33,365 bases of DNA from Basidiobolus meristosporus CBS 931.73 (lineage: Eukaryota; Fungi; Basidiobolomycota): the NCBI GenBank assembly GCA_002104905.1, contig MCFE01000820.1, forward strand, positions 1-33,365, read 5' to 3'. The notes beneath the pieces are model-generated. The model saw only the letters and a program-made list of their open reading frames with translations. It did not search any database and had not been told where the DNA came from. Made by a program: the position numbers and the translations under genes. Positions 32,236 through 33,365 of the stretch are shown piece after piece (positions within the stretch are counted from its first letter, which is position 1; each line of letters starts with the position of its first letter).

Positions 32236-33365
32236 TATGTCAAAGGAAGACTTGTCCATGAAGAACTCAAACGTAATGATCAAGCAGAGAAAATTGACGA
32301 TAATGCTTTATTCAGTTCAGAAAGGCATACAGAAAAGAAGGGAAAGCAACAAAACCGGAGAAAACCTGGCTGCTGTAACTACTGTAAGAAGCCAGGACAC
32401 TGGGCAAGAGAATGCAAGAAGAAACAAGCAGACTAAAAACAGAAACTAGAGCAGGCAAACCATATAACTACTGATGAACAGTTATTTGTAACTGTACAAG
32501 AGAGTGCAAGTAACCAAAGTAATGAATGGTATATTGACTCTGGAGCATCACAGCATATTTGTGGTATAAAGGATTGGTTCAGCAACTTAAAGACTATTCC
32601 CGTAAGAAAGGTTTATCTGGGAGATAACTCTGCATTGGAAGCTACCGCCAGTGGGTCTATACAACTAAATATGAGTGATAACTCAGGGGCAACAATAGCA
32701 AAACTGACTGACGTACTCTATGTACCTGGAATAGCTAAGAACCTACTCTCAGTCAGTAAAGCAACTACTCAGGGACTGAAATTTGTTTTTACTAAGCTGA
32801 GCTGCTCAATATTGAGTGAAAATGGACAAAAATTAGCTTTGGGAATCAGAGATCACAACATATACAAGTTACAATGCAAGATCATTGTACCTGAGTATGT
32901 CAACATTGCTGAAACTCATGAAACCAACTGGGAGACATTGCATAGGAGGCTAGGACACAAAGGGGAACAGAAAATGAGCCAATTGGTGAAAAATCAGCTT
33001 GTTTTGGGCCTAAAATACTCAATTCCAATCAAATTGAATGTTTGTAAGGGATGTTCATATGGCAAACAAGCTAGGCAACGTTCCAAGAGCTCAGAAGGCA
33101 TCAATACCACCAAAATGTTGGCTATTGTACACTCAGACATATGTGGCCCATGAGAACACTGTCCTTTGGAGTCAAGAGATACTTTATGACGTTTATTGAT
33201 GACAAGACAAGATATACATGGGTGGACTTCCTCAAAACAAAGGATGGAGCTTTAGAGATGTTTAAGCACTTCAAGAACATGGTAGAAACACAAACTGGGT
33301 GTAAATTGAAGGTACTACAAAGTGACAATGGAGGAGAATATTGCTCAAAGGAGTTTGCAAAATAC
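32236..33365 (+). pseudogene. Copia B gag C-terminus, protease and integrase (partial)
   Basis: See the copia B element; ORF 32635..33153 is the PR-IN linker and IN zinc-binding domain. Confidence 0.92.

Larger units (their letters stand above)
26343..33365 (+). mobile_element. Ty1/copia family B element running off the window, interrupted in gag by the intact gypsy
   Basis: 5' LTR, PBS, gag ERFDGKNYRLW; after the gypsy YVKGRLVHEEL, CNYCKKPGHWAREC, WYIDSGASQH, LHRRLGH, VHSDICGP, SDNGGEY; stop near 32435 and frameshift near 33150. Confidence 0.95.

Noticed and set aside
1-33365. Host protein-coding genes, rRNA or tRNA genes
   Set aside because: Essentially all sequence is explained by TE remnants; no cloverleaf or rRNA-like segment seen

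Overview
This is a eukaryotic transposon graveyard with no recognisable host gene, RNA gene or CRISPR array. The host is probably a TE-rich, CpG-methylating fungus, inferred from the tRNA-iMet primer sites, CCC-type CACTA ends and CpG loss. The window resolves into nested elements. (1) At least four copies of a CACTA/EnSpm-like DNA transposon. The best preserved (about 942-7753) has a plus-strand Transposase_21/DUF4218-type transposase head-to-head with a minus-strand accessory gene of unknown family (ancestrally about 690 aa). A second copy (from 11812) repeats this layout. (2) Ty1/copia family A: two 3' halves plus several LTRs of about 345-349 bp. (3) Ty1/copia family B with a half-tRNA-iMet primer site: two copies. 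(4) A Ty3/gypsy family: one old decayed copy (18622-26342, minus) and one apparently intact, very young copy (27294-32231) with identical 368-bp LTRs, a 4-bp TSD and a single 1377-aa Gag-Pol ORF. (5) A 1240-bp TG..CA solo-LTR-like insertion with a TAAAGGGG array and an intact promoter module. All alignments and counts were done by eye and need computational confirmation.
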